Positions 39,517 to 47,547 of a stretch of 64,000 bases of DNA are shown here, piece after piece; within the stretch, counting starts at the first letter, position 1; every line of letters begins with the position of its first letter. Both the position numbers and the translations under genes were made by a program. Under the pieces are notes generated by a model. It worked only from the letters and a program-made list of their open reading frames with translations. It was not told the origin of the DNA and did no database searches. Origin of the DNA: Escherichia phage UPEC01. The stretch lies in sequence record MW233709; one strand, 5' to 3'.

Positions 39517-39850
39517 TATCGATTTATCTGATTTAGATAATTTCGAGAAAGATGCGGAGGGAGCTAAGGCTCCTTCTGTACCTTACTACGAAAAAAGTTT
39601 GGAGATTATCCGGCAATCCATGGGAACCGTACGACAGGAAATTCTGTTATCACTCCCTGATGGGTCCAGTCACATTGTGTACGTAACCGGAATTAAAATT
39701 GAACCATCTGGAAAAGTTTCAGTTGATTTCGGCACCCCTTCTGAAGACCGCAAAGCGGAGCTTGCAGTGCATGTAGAAAAGTGTGTTACAATGCAAATAC
39801 AAGATGAAATTGATAAGATTAAAATGAAAAAGAGGTGGTGGAAGTGGTAG
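39509..39850 (+). CDS. 40: gp40-like protein (by position between uvsX and 41)
   Basis: ATG 39509 overlapping uvsX stop; synteny only. Confidence 0.55.
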   Translation: MNDIDLSDLDNFEKDAEGAKAPSVPYYEKSLEIIRQSMGTVRQEILLSLPDGSSHIVYVTGIKIEPSGKVSVDFGTPSEDRKAELAVHVEKCVTMQIQDEIDKIKMKKRWWKW

Positions 39851-41274
39851 AAACTATTTTATCCCAGCTACTCTTTAACAAGGAATATTTTGTTAAAGTC
39901 TGGCCATATCTGAATAACACATATTTTGAAAAGGGTCCAGCAAAGACCCTTTTTAATACGATTAACGAACACGTAAAAGAATATCAAGCGGTACCAACTA
40001 AGACTGCACTTGATATCGCGCTCGACAGTTCTGACCTTTCTGAAGTCGAATATGAAGGCACAAAGAAACTCTTAGGAGTCCTGGCCGATACTCCAGAAGA
40101 CCAGGAATGGTTGGTTAAAGAAACCGAGAAGTATGTACAGAAGTCTGCGATGTTCAATGCCACATCCAGGATTATCGAAATCCAGAGCAATGCCGAACTT
40201 CCGAAAGATAAACGTGATAAACGAATCCCGGATATTGGTGCTATCCCTGACATCATGCGCGATGCATTGTCTATCTGTTTTGACTCTGCTCTGGGCCATG
40301 ACTGGTTAAACGATTACGAAGCTCGATTCCAGACTTATCTGAACAAATCGAAGAAGGTTCCGTTCCGTATTAACATCCTGAATAAAATCACGAAGGGCGG
40401 GGTTGAGTACGGTACAGAGAACGTTTTACTGGCCGGGACGAACGTCGGCAAATCCCTTGGACTTTGTTCGCTGGCGGCTGACTATCTTCAGACTGGTCAT
40501 AATGTGCTTTATATAAGCATGGAAATGGCTGAAGAAGTATGTGCCAAACGTATTGATGCCAACTTGCTGGATGTGTCTCTGGATGATATTGATGAAGGTC
40601 ATGTGTCATGGGCGGAATACAAAAGTAAGATGGAAAAATGGCGTGCAGCCGGGACCCTTGGGACTCTGAAGATAAAACAATATCCAACTGGCGGTGCTCA
40701 TGCGGATACCTTCCGTGCATTGCTGAATGAATACAAACTGAAGCAAGGGTTTGTGCCGGATGTGATTATTGTTGACTACCTGGCAATCTGTGCAAGCTCA
40801 AGACTGAAAACGTTTACCGAAAACAGTTACGGCCTGATTAAGATGGTTGCAGAAGAACTTCGTGGTCTGGCGGTCGAGAAAAATGTGGTCCTGTGGACTG
40901 CAGCGCAGACAACCAGGGGTGCGAACGTTGCAGCTGAGATTGATATGGCTGACATCGCTGAATCTTTTGGTATTGCTCACACGGCCGACTTTATGTTGGG
41001 TGTTGTTGAGACCGAAGAATTCGCTCAAATGGGACTACAGTTAATCAAACAGCTTAAGTCTCGTTACGGCGATAAGAACTACTATAATAAATTCAAGATG
41101 GGTGTTAAGAAAGGTAATCAGCGCTGGTACGAGGTTGATGATGATTCAGCTCCTAAACAAGGCCCTACGGTTAAAGAAGCCACTGGTGAGATGAATCGCC
41201 AGGCTGAAATGAATAGACAAACCAGGGTCAACAGGAGCGACCTGGACGACCTTGCTGCTCAAATGAAATTCTAA
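39844..41274 (+). CDS. 41: replicative DNA helicase gp41 (DnaB-like; GTG start)
   Basis: GTG 39844 gives MVETILSQLLF matching recalled T4 gp41 N-terminus; Walker A GTNVGKS. Confidence 0.94.
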   Translation: MVETILSQLLFNKEYFVKVWPYLNNTYFEKGPAKTLFNTINEHVKEYQAVPTKTALDIALDSSDLSEVEYEGTKKLLGVLADTPEDQEWLVKETEKYVQKSAMFNATSRIIEIQSNAELPKDKRDKRIPDIGAIPDIMRDALSICFDSALGHDWLNDYEARFQTYLNKSKKVPFRINILNKITKGGVEYGTENVLLAGTNVGKSLGLCSLAADYLQTGHNVLYISMEMAEEVCAKRIDANLLDVSLDDIDEGHVSWAEYKSKMEKWRAAGTLGTLKIKQYPTGGAHADTFRALLNEYKLKQGFVPDVIIVDYLAICASSRLKTFTENSYGLIKMVAEELRGLAVEKNVVLWTAAQTTRGANVAAEIDMADIAESFGIAHTADFMLGVVETEEFAQMGLQLIKQLKSRYGDKNYYNKFKMGVKKGNQRWYEVDDDSAPKQGPTVKEATGEMNRQAEMNRQTRVNRSDLDDLAAQMKF

Positions 41275-41296
41275 AGACCTTCGGGTCTTTTTCATT
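41274..41296 (+). terminator. rho-independent terminator
   Basis: AAGACC-TTCG-GGTCTT then T-run. Confidence 0.6.
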
Positions 41297-41301
41297 TAGA
41301 G

Positions 41302-41362
41302 GTTTACAACACCATAAAAAGGGTGTACTATTATCCCATCAACTACTGATGAGGATAATAAA
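41302..41362 (+). promoter_or_regulatory. early promoter cassette with CAACTACTGATGAGGA leader
   Basis: GTTTACAAC, GGGTGTACTATTAT, ATCCCATCAACTACTGATGAGGATAATAAA. Confidence 0.5.
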
Positions 41363-41611
41363 ATGTTATTAGTTAATGTGCAGTACCAGTTCAAATCTGA
41401 AGAAGCTCTCCAAAAGTATGCTGATATTTGTGAGCATAATAAAAGAACAGCTGCCATTGTTGGTCTGAAGCCTTTTAAAATTTTGGATTGCTCCTTGAAC
41501 AGAGCAAGACGCTGGTGTAGTGTTGCCTGTCATGCTTCAGTTGAAGGGAATGATTATTTTTTCATTACTTTCAATGCACAAGATTTTCATTTAATTAATG
41601 AATTAAAATAG
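41363..41611 (+). CDS. hypothetical protein
   Basis: ATG after cassette leader. Confidence 0.5.
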   Translation: MLLVNVQYQFKSEEALQKYADICEHNKRTAAIVGLKPFKILDCSLNRARRWCSVACHASVEGNDYFFITFNAQDFHLINELK

Positions 41612-41689
41612 TGTACAAGCCCCTTGTCTTAGGACATAATGATTCCATACTGAGTTACACAATAAACCAACTGTTAAAAGGAAAACCAT
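41611..41689 (+). promoter_or_regulatory. early promoter cassette (CCATACTGAGTTA leader variant)
   Basis: GTGTACAA 41611-41618, CATAATG, TTCCATACTGAGTTA. Confidence 0.5.
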
Positions 41690-41992
41690 ATGTTTAATCA
41701 AACCGATATGAACCGTTACTATTTTGGTCAGTTCGCTCGCCGTGATGAAAACTGTGCTGCTCTTATCGCATCAGGCATTCAAACTGGTAAATTAATAAAG
41801 CTCAAAAGCGATGTTCAACCTTCATCTGTTCGCAGCTCTCTTCGTGAGTATCTGCTTGCAGGCGGGGCAGTATATGTTATCGCTGAACCTTTTGTTAACG
41901 TGTGCGACGATTACACAATTAGTGTGACTGTTATGCACCCAACTACTGGGAAAATTCGTTGTCTGACTATGCACAACTATGAGTTGGCGTAA
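41690..41992 (+). CDS. hypothetical protein
   Basis: Intact ORF. Confidence 0.5.
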   Translation: MFNQTDMNRYYFGQFARRDENCAALIASGIQTGKLIKLKSDVQPSSVRSSLREYLLAGGAVYVIAEPFVNVCDDYTISVTVMHPTTGKIRCLTMHNYELA

Positions 41993-42000
41993 GTGAATAA

Positions 42001-42060
42001 AGGGGCTTACAGCCCCTTTTTCTTATGTTATAATGACTCTATCAACTACTGGAGAATAAA
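42001..42060 (+). promoter_or_regulatory. terminator-like hairpin fused to early promoter cassette
   Basis: AGGGGC-TTAC-AGCCCCT + T-run; GTTATAATG; leader CTATCAACTACTGGAG. Confidence 0.45.
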
Positions 42061-42378
42061 ATGAAAACCATTGATTGCAAGGCAGAATACAAAGTTTATT
42101 ATCATGGGTCAAGTTCTAATGCTGGAATCCAAAATATGCTTTGTCCTCCTGATGCAACTGGTGTTCTGTCAGAAGTTGGGCGTAAGAAAAATTTAGGGCG
42201 TGTGTTTTTTACTGAAGATATTGGTTTGGCGCGTATCTATGCAGGAAGAGCAGCTCGCTCATATGGAGGAGAACCCCGTCTTTATCGTGTGATTGCACCT
42301 GTTGACGTGGTTTGTTTAAATGATACTAAAGGCGCAACAGTTTATCACGCTGACTGGGCCTTCTGTGAGGAAATCTAA
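42061..42378 (+). CDS. hypothetical protein with PARP-like H-G-S motif (possible minimal ADP-ribosyltransferase fold)
   Basis: YYHGSSSNAGI resembles PARP HGSRTTNFAGI; RVFFTED resembles GIYFAD; only 105 aa. Confidence 0.5.
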   Translation: MKTIDCKAEYKVYYHGSSSNAGIQNMLCPPDATGVLSEVGRKKNLGRVFFTEDIGLARIYAGRAARSYGGEPRLYRVIAPVDVVCLNDTKGATVYHADWAFCEEI

Positions 42379-42582
42379 ATGTATAAATTAGAGAACGTAG
42401 TATTTATTGGTTGGTTTGAAAATGGTAATATGTTTACCAAAGAAACCGCGCTGGATGTCAGTGACAAAAATATGATTGAATGGGTTACAGTGCAGTATGC
42501 GGAAGTGAATAATGCGCTGGTTAAAGCCTTTGTTAATGACAATAAAGTTTTTGAATATGATGCCCGCATTGAGGAAATCTAA
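42379..42582 (+). CDS. hypothetical protein (paralogue of 42583 gene)
   Basis: Shares NALVKAFVNDNKV with next ORF; repeated junction GAGGAAATCTAAATG. Confidence 0.5.
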   Translation: MYKLENVVFIGWFENGNMFTKETALDVSDKNMIEWVTVQYAEVNNALVKAFVNDNKVFEYDARIEEI

Positions 42583-42924
42583 ATGACTTTTAATCCAGAA
42601 GACCGCGTAAAAGTAACAATCAAAGTGAGTGCCGTTGGCGTTCCATCTTTTGAGCGCTCAAGTATGTTCCATCCCGCAGGTATTCACTGGTATGTTCAGA
42701 AGACTGCTGATAACTATAATGCGCTGGTTGAAGCTTTTGTTGATGACAAGCTAATTCATAAAGTAGACATGCGTAAGGGTACTGCATTGCGTAATCTGAT
42801 TTTGACCGTTGAAGCGCAACTGGTAAATGAAGAAATCTGCCTTACTGATATTGAAGCAGCTCTTCATATTGCACGTGCTGAATATTACAAATTGACTGGT
42901 TTTTCAGTTGAAGGTGAAAAATAA
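42583..42924 (+). CDS. hypothetical protein (paralogue of 42379 gene)
   Basis: YNALVEAFVDDKLIHKV; repeated junction. Confidence 0.5.
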   Translation: MTFNPEDRVKVTIKVSAVGVPSFERSSMFHPAGIHWYVQKTADNYNALVEAFVDDKLIHKVDMRKGTALRNLILTVEAQLVNEEICLTDIEAALHIARAEYYKLTGFSVEGEK

Positions 42925-42982
42925 GTGTACATCAAAGGGGTAATGCAGTATATTATCCCTATCAACTACTGAGGAGATTGAA
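42925..42982 (+). promoter_or_regulatory. early promoter cassette
   Basis: GTGTACAT, TATATTAT, CCCTATCAACTACTGAGGAG. Confidence 0.5.
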
Positions 42983-43276
42983 ATGAAAAAGTTATTAATC
43001 GCAGCAATTCTTACCGTAGCATCATGTGGTACAGCCCCAGTTACTGCTGGGCTTGATAAAGACCTTTGTGAGTGGTCCATGACTGCGGACCAGACTGATG
43101 TTGAACACCAGATTTATGCTGACATCATGAACATTACTAAACGTGACCACCCAGATATGGTTAAAGAAGTATCTGACCAACTGGCTTCTGGTGACGTTAT
43201 GCAGTATAACTATGTTCTGTATTGCGATGCTTCATTTGACAACAGCAAGATTGTTCAATGGGTTACAGGTGAATAA
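42983..43276 (+). CDS. hypothetical lipoprotein
   Basis: Lipobox VASCG. Confidence 0.55.
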   Translation: MKKLLIAAILTVASCGTAPVTAGLDKDLCEWSMTADQTDVEHQIYADIMNITKRDHPDMVKEVSDQLASGDVMQYNYVLYCDASFDNSKIVQWVTGE

Positions 43277-43277
43277 A

Positions 43278-43718
43278 ATGATTAACAGAAATTTAGTTAT
43301 CAAAAAACTTCGTTGTAAAAATCAAAATGCACAAGCATACAGGATGTTTTGGAGCGACGAACCCATTCAATACCTGGGTTATTTTCTTGTTGATAGTGAT
43401 AATAGAATTACGTTTGCTCATAAACTTCTTAACAAAGAATTAAACCATTGGCAAGAACTTATTGCGGTCAAGTCTAAATTATTTTCGCGCAATACAATGC
43501 ACCAATTGGTTTATTTTTTCGCTGACGGTATTCCTGACAAGGTTGAGTTTGATGGGTTTGAATTTAAAGACATCACCCCTGATAATGAATTGAATGACAG
43601 TATTGTTAATATGGGTATCCCGGGTAAGTACATCAAAAACAGTCTTTTGAAACTTCTGGAAACCCCTGTATATTCAGTTGACGACCAGATTTTTAATGCC
43701 TTCATGAAGCGAGATTAG
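43278..43718 (+). CDS. hypothetical protein
   Basis: ATG 43278 after upstream stop; C-terminus SVDDQIFNAFMKRD. Confidence 0.5.
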   Translation: MINRNLVIKKLRCKNQNAQAYRMFWSDEPIQYLGYFLVDSDNRITFAHKLLNKELNHWQELIAVKSKLFSRNTMHQLVYFFADGIPDKVEFDGFEFKDITPDNELNDSIVNMGIPGKYIKNSLLKLLETPVYSVDDQIFNAFMKRD

Positions 43719-43722
43719 TATG
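43677..43722. repeat. direct repeat copy A (about 37-46 bp) at 3' end of CDS 43278-43718
   Basis: GTTGACGACCAGATTTTTAATGCCTTCATGAAGCGAG identical to 44033-44069. Confidence 0.8.
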
Positions 43723-44073
43723 AGTTATTATAATTTTCTGAATTTTGAACTGGCGAGCAATAATGATGGTAATGCTCATTATGAATTTCGTGAGCCACGG
43801 TTTAATCAAGCGATTGGTTATATTATCGTCAAAGATGATGTTATCATAAAGGCTCGCTCATTTATGGTAATGAATGGACCTTATGAAGATACTCGCGGCT
43901 ATCCATTTGATAAAAAGAATGTGCGCGATTGTGCAGCATGGATAACCGGAAACCCCGAAATTGGGGTCATGATATCTACTGAAGCGAATGACATTCTGGA
44001 AGGGGCTTGGGTCAAAGCTCAAGAACAGTCTGTTGACGACCAGATTTTTAATGCCTTCATGAAGCGAGGTTAA
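43720..44073 (+). CDS. hypothetical protein flanked by direct repeats
   Basis: C-terminus SVDDQIFNAFMKRG duplicates that of upstream gene. Confidence 0.5.
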   Translation: MSYYNFLNFELASNNDGNAHYEFREPRFNQAIGYIIVKDDVIIKARSFMVMNGPYEDTRGYPFDKKNVRDCAAWITGNPEIGVMISTEANDILEGAWVKAQEQSVDDQIFNAFMKRG

Positions 44074-44078
44074 TATGT
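44033..44078. repeat. direct repeat copy B
   Basis: Identical 37-mer; flanks differ. Confidence 0.8.
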
Positions 44079-44296
44079 TTGTTTTGACCCAATTCTCTAA
44101 AGCAATATATAGTTACTCTTGCCAGTGGGAAGTCTTTATTGATACGCCGTCTCCCAAGTATGGAGTTTTTGGACGAGTAACTACTCAAGCTTATGTTGCG
44201 CGACCGACTAAACGTCAGATTCGTAAACTTAAAAAGGCACATCGTCAACTGATTAAAAGAAGGGAACAATATGAGTGCAATGTGTACGGGCTCTAA
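44075..44296 (+). CDS. hypothetical basic protein
   Basis: Intact ORF. Confidence 0.45.
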   Translation: MFVLTQFSKAIYSYSCQWEVFIDTPSPKYGVFGRVTTQAYVARPTKRQIRKLKKAHRQLIKRREQYECNVYGL

Positions 44297-44462
44297 GATT
44301 TCCGTCTTCCAGATTTTTGAAGAATATGAAATCGTGTCGCAAGACCAAGAAGCAATCCATGCTATCGCTGATGATGGGGTTACCTGGATTATTCCGTTGT
44401 ATCATGAAGACACTTATGAAGTGACTGATGCAAATGGTGATAAAGCTATCTTCGTTGTATAA
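44271..44462 (+). CDS. hypothetical protein
   Basis: Intact ORF. Confidence 0.45.
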   Translation: MSAMCTGSKISVFQIFEEYEIVSQDQEAIHAIADDGVTWIIPLYHEDTYEVTDANGDKAIFVV

Positions 44463-44482
44463 ATAGCGGAAAGGGGGGTGTT

Positions 44483-44650
44483 ATGAAAACATTCAAAGAT
44501 TTTATCAACGAAGATATGGTTGCTGGTGATGCAGGTGGAAACCCAACTAATATCGCAACAGGTACCACTTCCGGGGCAGTTGTCAATAAAGGCCCTGAAC
44601 AAATCCCATCAAAAAAGCGTAAGAACAAAGACGATAAACCTACAGTATAA
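44483..44650 (+). CDS. small protein with internal-protein-like capsid-targeting leader (55 aa; not in ORF track)
   Basis: N-terminus MKTFKDFINE parallels MKTYQEFITE of the IP genes at 3484/3812; SD AAGGGGGG. Confidence 0.45.
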   Translation: MKTFKDFINEDMVAGDAGGNPTNIATGTTSGAVVNKGPEQIPSKKRKNKDDKPTV

Positions 44651-44669
44651 TGGTCCTCCGGGACCATTG
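44651..44669 (+). other. hairpin TGGTCC-TCCG-GGACCA upstream of gene 61
   Basis: 6-bp stem, no U-tract. Confidence 0.4.
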
Positions 44670-44682
44670 AAATGAGGAAACT

Positions 44683-45711
44683 ATGTCATATATTGATAGA
44701 GAATTTGCAGTCAGAGCTTTATCGTATCAACCACGTTATAGAGAAGTCACCGGGAGCACATTTAAAGCAAACTGTCGTTGCAAGGTTTGTGGGGACTCCC
44801 AGAAAGATTCACACAAGGCTCGATTCTGGGCGTATACTAATCCGGCCGATGGCGCGGTTTACGTGAAATGTTTTAACTGTGACTACTCCACGCATATAAG
44901 CAAATACATAAAAGAGTTTGAGCCGGATTTACACCGGGAATATATGGTTGAGAAGTATAAGGAGAATGCCTTTGGGCGACAACGCAATGAAGTCATTGAA
45001 ACTCCGAAAGAACCAGAAAAAACTCCGGTTATCGAACAGCTTGCTTTTTGTGAAAGACTCGATACTTTACCAGAAGCACATCCGATAATTAAGTATGTAA
45101 AAAGTCGATGTATTCCAAGCAATGTTTGGAATCGACTATGGTTTACAAACCAATGGCCCACATTAGTTAACTCCGTTAATCCTGGGACGTATAAGAATGA
45201 AACGAATGAACCACGCTTGGTTATTCCTATCTTCAACGGCAAAAAAGAAATCGAATCTTTCCAAGGACGAGCTCTTCGCAAAGATGCACCACAAAAATAT
45301 ATCACAATCAAAGCTCACCCAGAAGCTTCCAAAGTCTATGGCGTAGACAAGATTGATGAGCGTAAACGCGTATGGGTAATGGAAGGTCCGATTGATAGTT
45401 TGTTTATCCCTAACAGCATTGCGATAACTGGTGGAACATTGTCATTGGAAGCCGTTCCTTATCCAGAAACCAGAGTATGGGTAATGGACAACGAACCAAG
45501 ACATCCGGATACGATTAAACGTATGAAGAAGCTCGTTGAAGCTGGCGAAGCTGTTATGTTCTGGGACAATGCACCATGGCATACGAAAGACATAAATGAG
45601 ATGGTTAAATCAGAAGGAGCAACCCCTGAACAAATCGAATCATATATGGCTGATAACGTTGCCCAAGGATTGATGGCGAGAATGCGACTTTCGAAGTACG
45701 CAAAAGTTTAG
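44683..45711 (+). CDS. 61: DNA primase gp61
   Basis: Zinc ribbon CRCKVCGDS..CFNCDY; long matches to recalled T4 gp61. Confidence 0.95.
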   Translation: MSYIDREFAVRALSYQPRYREVTGSTFKANCRCKVCGDSQKDSHKARFWAYTNPADGAVYVKCFNCDYSTHISKYIKEFEPDLHREYMVEKYKENAFGRQRNEVIETPKEPEKTPVIEQLAFCERLDTLPEAHPIIKYVKSRCIPSNVWNRLWFTNQWPTLVNSVNPGTYKNETNEPRLVIPIFNGKKEIESFQGRALRKDAPQKYITIKAHPEASKVYGVDKIDERKRVWVMEGPIDSLFIPNSIAITGGTLSLEAVPYPETRVWVMDNEPRHPDTIKRMKKLVEAGEAVMFWDNAPWHTKDINEMVKSEGATPEQIESYMADNVAQGLMARMRLSKYAKV

Positions 45712-45908
45712 GAAGGGATTCCGGTAAAGTAACCAATAATAGAATGGATATGTTCCATTGTGACCTGAGGTAAGTGCACCCCTTGTGTTGCGGCGATGGG
45801 TACAACCAGTAAGTTCCACAGGAAAACATCAAGAGCTAAAAAGCCCATGATGAGCTTCTTGTCTTTCTTACTGGTTAATTTCCAAATCTGATAGAATAAT
45901 GTTCCCAT
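45708..45908 (-). CDS. small membrane protein, paralogue B (minus strand)
   Basis: Lies in a 490-bp gap with no + ORF; paralogous to 45917-46114. Confidence 0.5.
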   Translation of the reverse strand: MGTLFYQIWKLTSKKDKKLIMGFLALDVFLWNLLVVPIAATQGVHLPQVTMEHIHSIIGYFTGIPS

Positions 45909-45916
45909 AGTTCCAC

Positions 45917-46114
45917 CTATATAAGGCCGATTAATGCCAGTGAAACATCTACAACTGATTCGAGCGCGACGACTGGTAATATAACACCATGTGCCAATGC
46001 AATAGGGGCAACAATGAAATTCCAGAGTAGAACTAAACAGAGTACCGAAAGGACCAGAATCGTTCGCTTACGACTGCCTTTGATGGCTTGAATTAGACTA
46101 GATAGTTTTAGCAT
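45917..46114 (-). CDS. small membrane protein, paralogue A (minus strand)
   Basis: AGGAGG SD before ATG on minus strand; late-promoter-like CATAAATA upstream. Confidence 0.5.
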   Translation of the reverse strand: MLKLSSLIQAIKGSRKRTILVLSVLCLVLLWNFIVAPIALAHGVILPVVALESVVDVSLALIGLI

Positions 46115-46130
46115 ACATCCTCCTTTCTTG

Positions 46131-46138
46131 TATTTATG
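46131..46138 (-). promoter_or_regulatory. late-promoter-like CATAAATA on minus strand
   Basis: Reverse complement of TATTTATG 46131-46138. Confidence 0.35.
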
Positions 46139-46160
46139 CTTTAAACCAATACGATATAAT
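46137..46160 (+). promoter_or_regulatory. middle-promoter-like element upstream of gene 56
   Basis: TGCTTTA 46137-46143, 11-nt spacer, TATAAT 46155-46160. Confidence 0.4.
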
Positions 46161-46198
46161 TAACATACAAACAACATGAATTGATAAGGAAAAATATA

Positions 46199-46717
46199 AT
46201 GGCACATTTTAACGAATGTTCTCAACTGATTGCTGGTGTTGATAAAGCTCAAGGCGCTTATGATAATGCAATTTTTGAAGGCACTGACCCACTGCAAATT
46301 ATGCTTGATATGCAGAAATCGTTGCAGGTTCGTCTGGCTAAAGAAAAACCAGAATATAACGAACATCCTGATAACCTGGCGACTGCTGGTGAAGTTGTTA
46401 CCTGGCTCCGCAACCAGAAAGATTATATTGATGATGAATTCCGTGAACTGATTACTGCATTAGGTGGCATGTCCAATGGCGAGAAAGCTGCCTCGGCCGT
46501 ATGGAAGCCTTGGAAAGCACAACATGGCGAAATGCAGCAAACCCTAATTAATGATTTATCTCCTGAAGACCAGCTCGAAATTAAATTTGAGATGATTGAT
46601 ATCCTGCACTTTGTTCTGAATATGTTCCATGGCCTTGGACTGACTGCAGAAGAAATCTTTAAATTGTATTACCTGAAAAATGCTGAGAACTTTGCTCGTC
46701 AAGACCGAGGTTATTAA
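46199..46717 (+). CDS. 56: dCTP pyrophosphatase gp56-like
   Basis: Strong match to recalled T4 gp56 (MAHFNEC, DPLQIMLDMQ, EIFKLYYLKN..FARQDRGY). Confidence 0.9.
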   Translation: MAHFNECSQLIAGVDKAQGAYDNAIFEGTDPLQIMLDMQKSLQVRLAKEKPEYNEHPDNLATAGEVVTWLRNQKDYIDDEFRELITALGGMSNGEKAASAVWKPWKAQHGEMQQTLINDLSPEDQLEIKFEMIDILHFVLNMFHGLGLTAEEIFKLYYLKNAENFARQDRGY

Positions 46718-46998
46718 TGGCTCGTTTAAATAAACGTCAGCTTAAGAAAGCTCGCAAGAAATATATTAACGATATAATTGAAAATGTTAATACCGAAATC
46801 TTCGTAGAACTCTTATCTAATCAACTAAAACATTTATCTAAACATGAAATTGATATGAATACTGAAAATGCTAAAAATGTAATTGAAACTCATAATGCTT
46901 TTGCTAATGCAACAGCAGAATGGATGGCGAATCCTACTGCTGAAAATCTAGCTAAAATGACTGAAGCCAATAAAGCAGTTCAAGCCATCAAATTGTAA
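46717..46998 (+). CDS. hypothetical protein
   Basis: ATGA-coupled ORF. Confidence 0.5.
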   Translation: MARLNKRQLKKARKKYINDIIENVNTEIFVELLSNQLKHLSKHEIDMNTENAKNVIETHNAFANATAEWMANPTAENLAKMTEANKAVQAIKL

Positions 46999-47000
46999 GT

Positions 47001-47008
47001 TATAAATA
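47001..47008 (+). promoter_or_regulatory. late promoter TATAAATA upstream of soc
   Basis: Exact TATAAATA 32 nt before soc ATG. Confidence 0.55.
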
Positions 47009-47039
47009 CACCTGTAATTAAACAACAAAGGAGTTAATT

Positions 47040-47273
47040 ATGGGTGGTTTCGTTAATATCAAAACCTTTACGCATCCAGCTGGTGAAGGTAAAGAAGTTA
47101 AAGGTGTTGAAGTATCTGTTCCGTTTGAAATCTATTCAAATGAGCACCGTATTGCCAATGCTCATTATCAGACTTTTCCTTCCGAAAAGGCCGCTTATGT
47201 CACCGTAGCGTCTAGTGCAGCTGATTGGCGAACTAAGAACGCGGCGATGTTTACGCCTACCCCAGTAGTTTAA
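47040..47273 (+). CDS. soc: small outer capsid protein Soc
   Basis: AHYQTFPSEKAAY identical to recalled T4 Soc. Confidence 0.85.
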   Translation: MGGFVNIKTFTHPAGEGKEVKGVEVSVPFEIYSNEHRIANAHYQTFPSEKAAYVTVASSAADWRTKNAAMFTPTPVV

Positions 47274-47278
47274 TTATA

Positions 47279-47303
47279 GGGAACCTTCGGGTTCCCTTTT
47301 TGC
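47279..47303 (+). terminator. rho-independent terminator
   Basis: GGGAACC-TTCG-GGTTCCC then TTTTT. Confidence 0.65.
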
Positions 47304-47324
47304 TTTTAATAGAAGCGGTATAAT
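47299..47324 (+). promoter_or_regulatory. middle-promoter-like element fused to terminator
   Basis: TGCTTTT 47301-47307, 11-nt spacer, TATAAT 47319-47324. Confidence 0.4.
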
Positions 47325-47349
47325 TATTTCAATTACAGAGGAGAATACT

Positions 47350-47547
47350 ATGTTAAACCGTTGGATTAAACCAAATAAAACTTTAGATGAAGTTATTGCC
47401 CATGATGTCCATTTTAAGTATGGTCTGGGTGTGTTTGATGAGGTTGTCGTACATTCATTCATGATGCACGATGATGATTCTTTAGAATTCAATATTGAAA
47501 TCCGTTGTGATGATGGTAAAGTTGAATTTAAACGAGGTTTTCTATGA
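47350..47547 (+). CDS. hypothetical protein
   Basis: GAGGAGAATACTATG. Confidence 0.5.
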   Translation: MLNRWIKPNKTLDEVIAHDVHFKYGLGVFDEVVVHSFMMHDDDSLEFNIEIRCDDGKVEFKRGFL

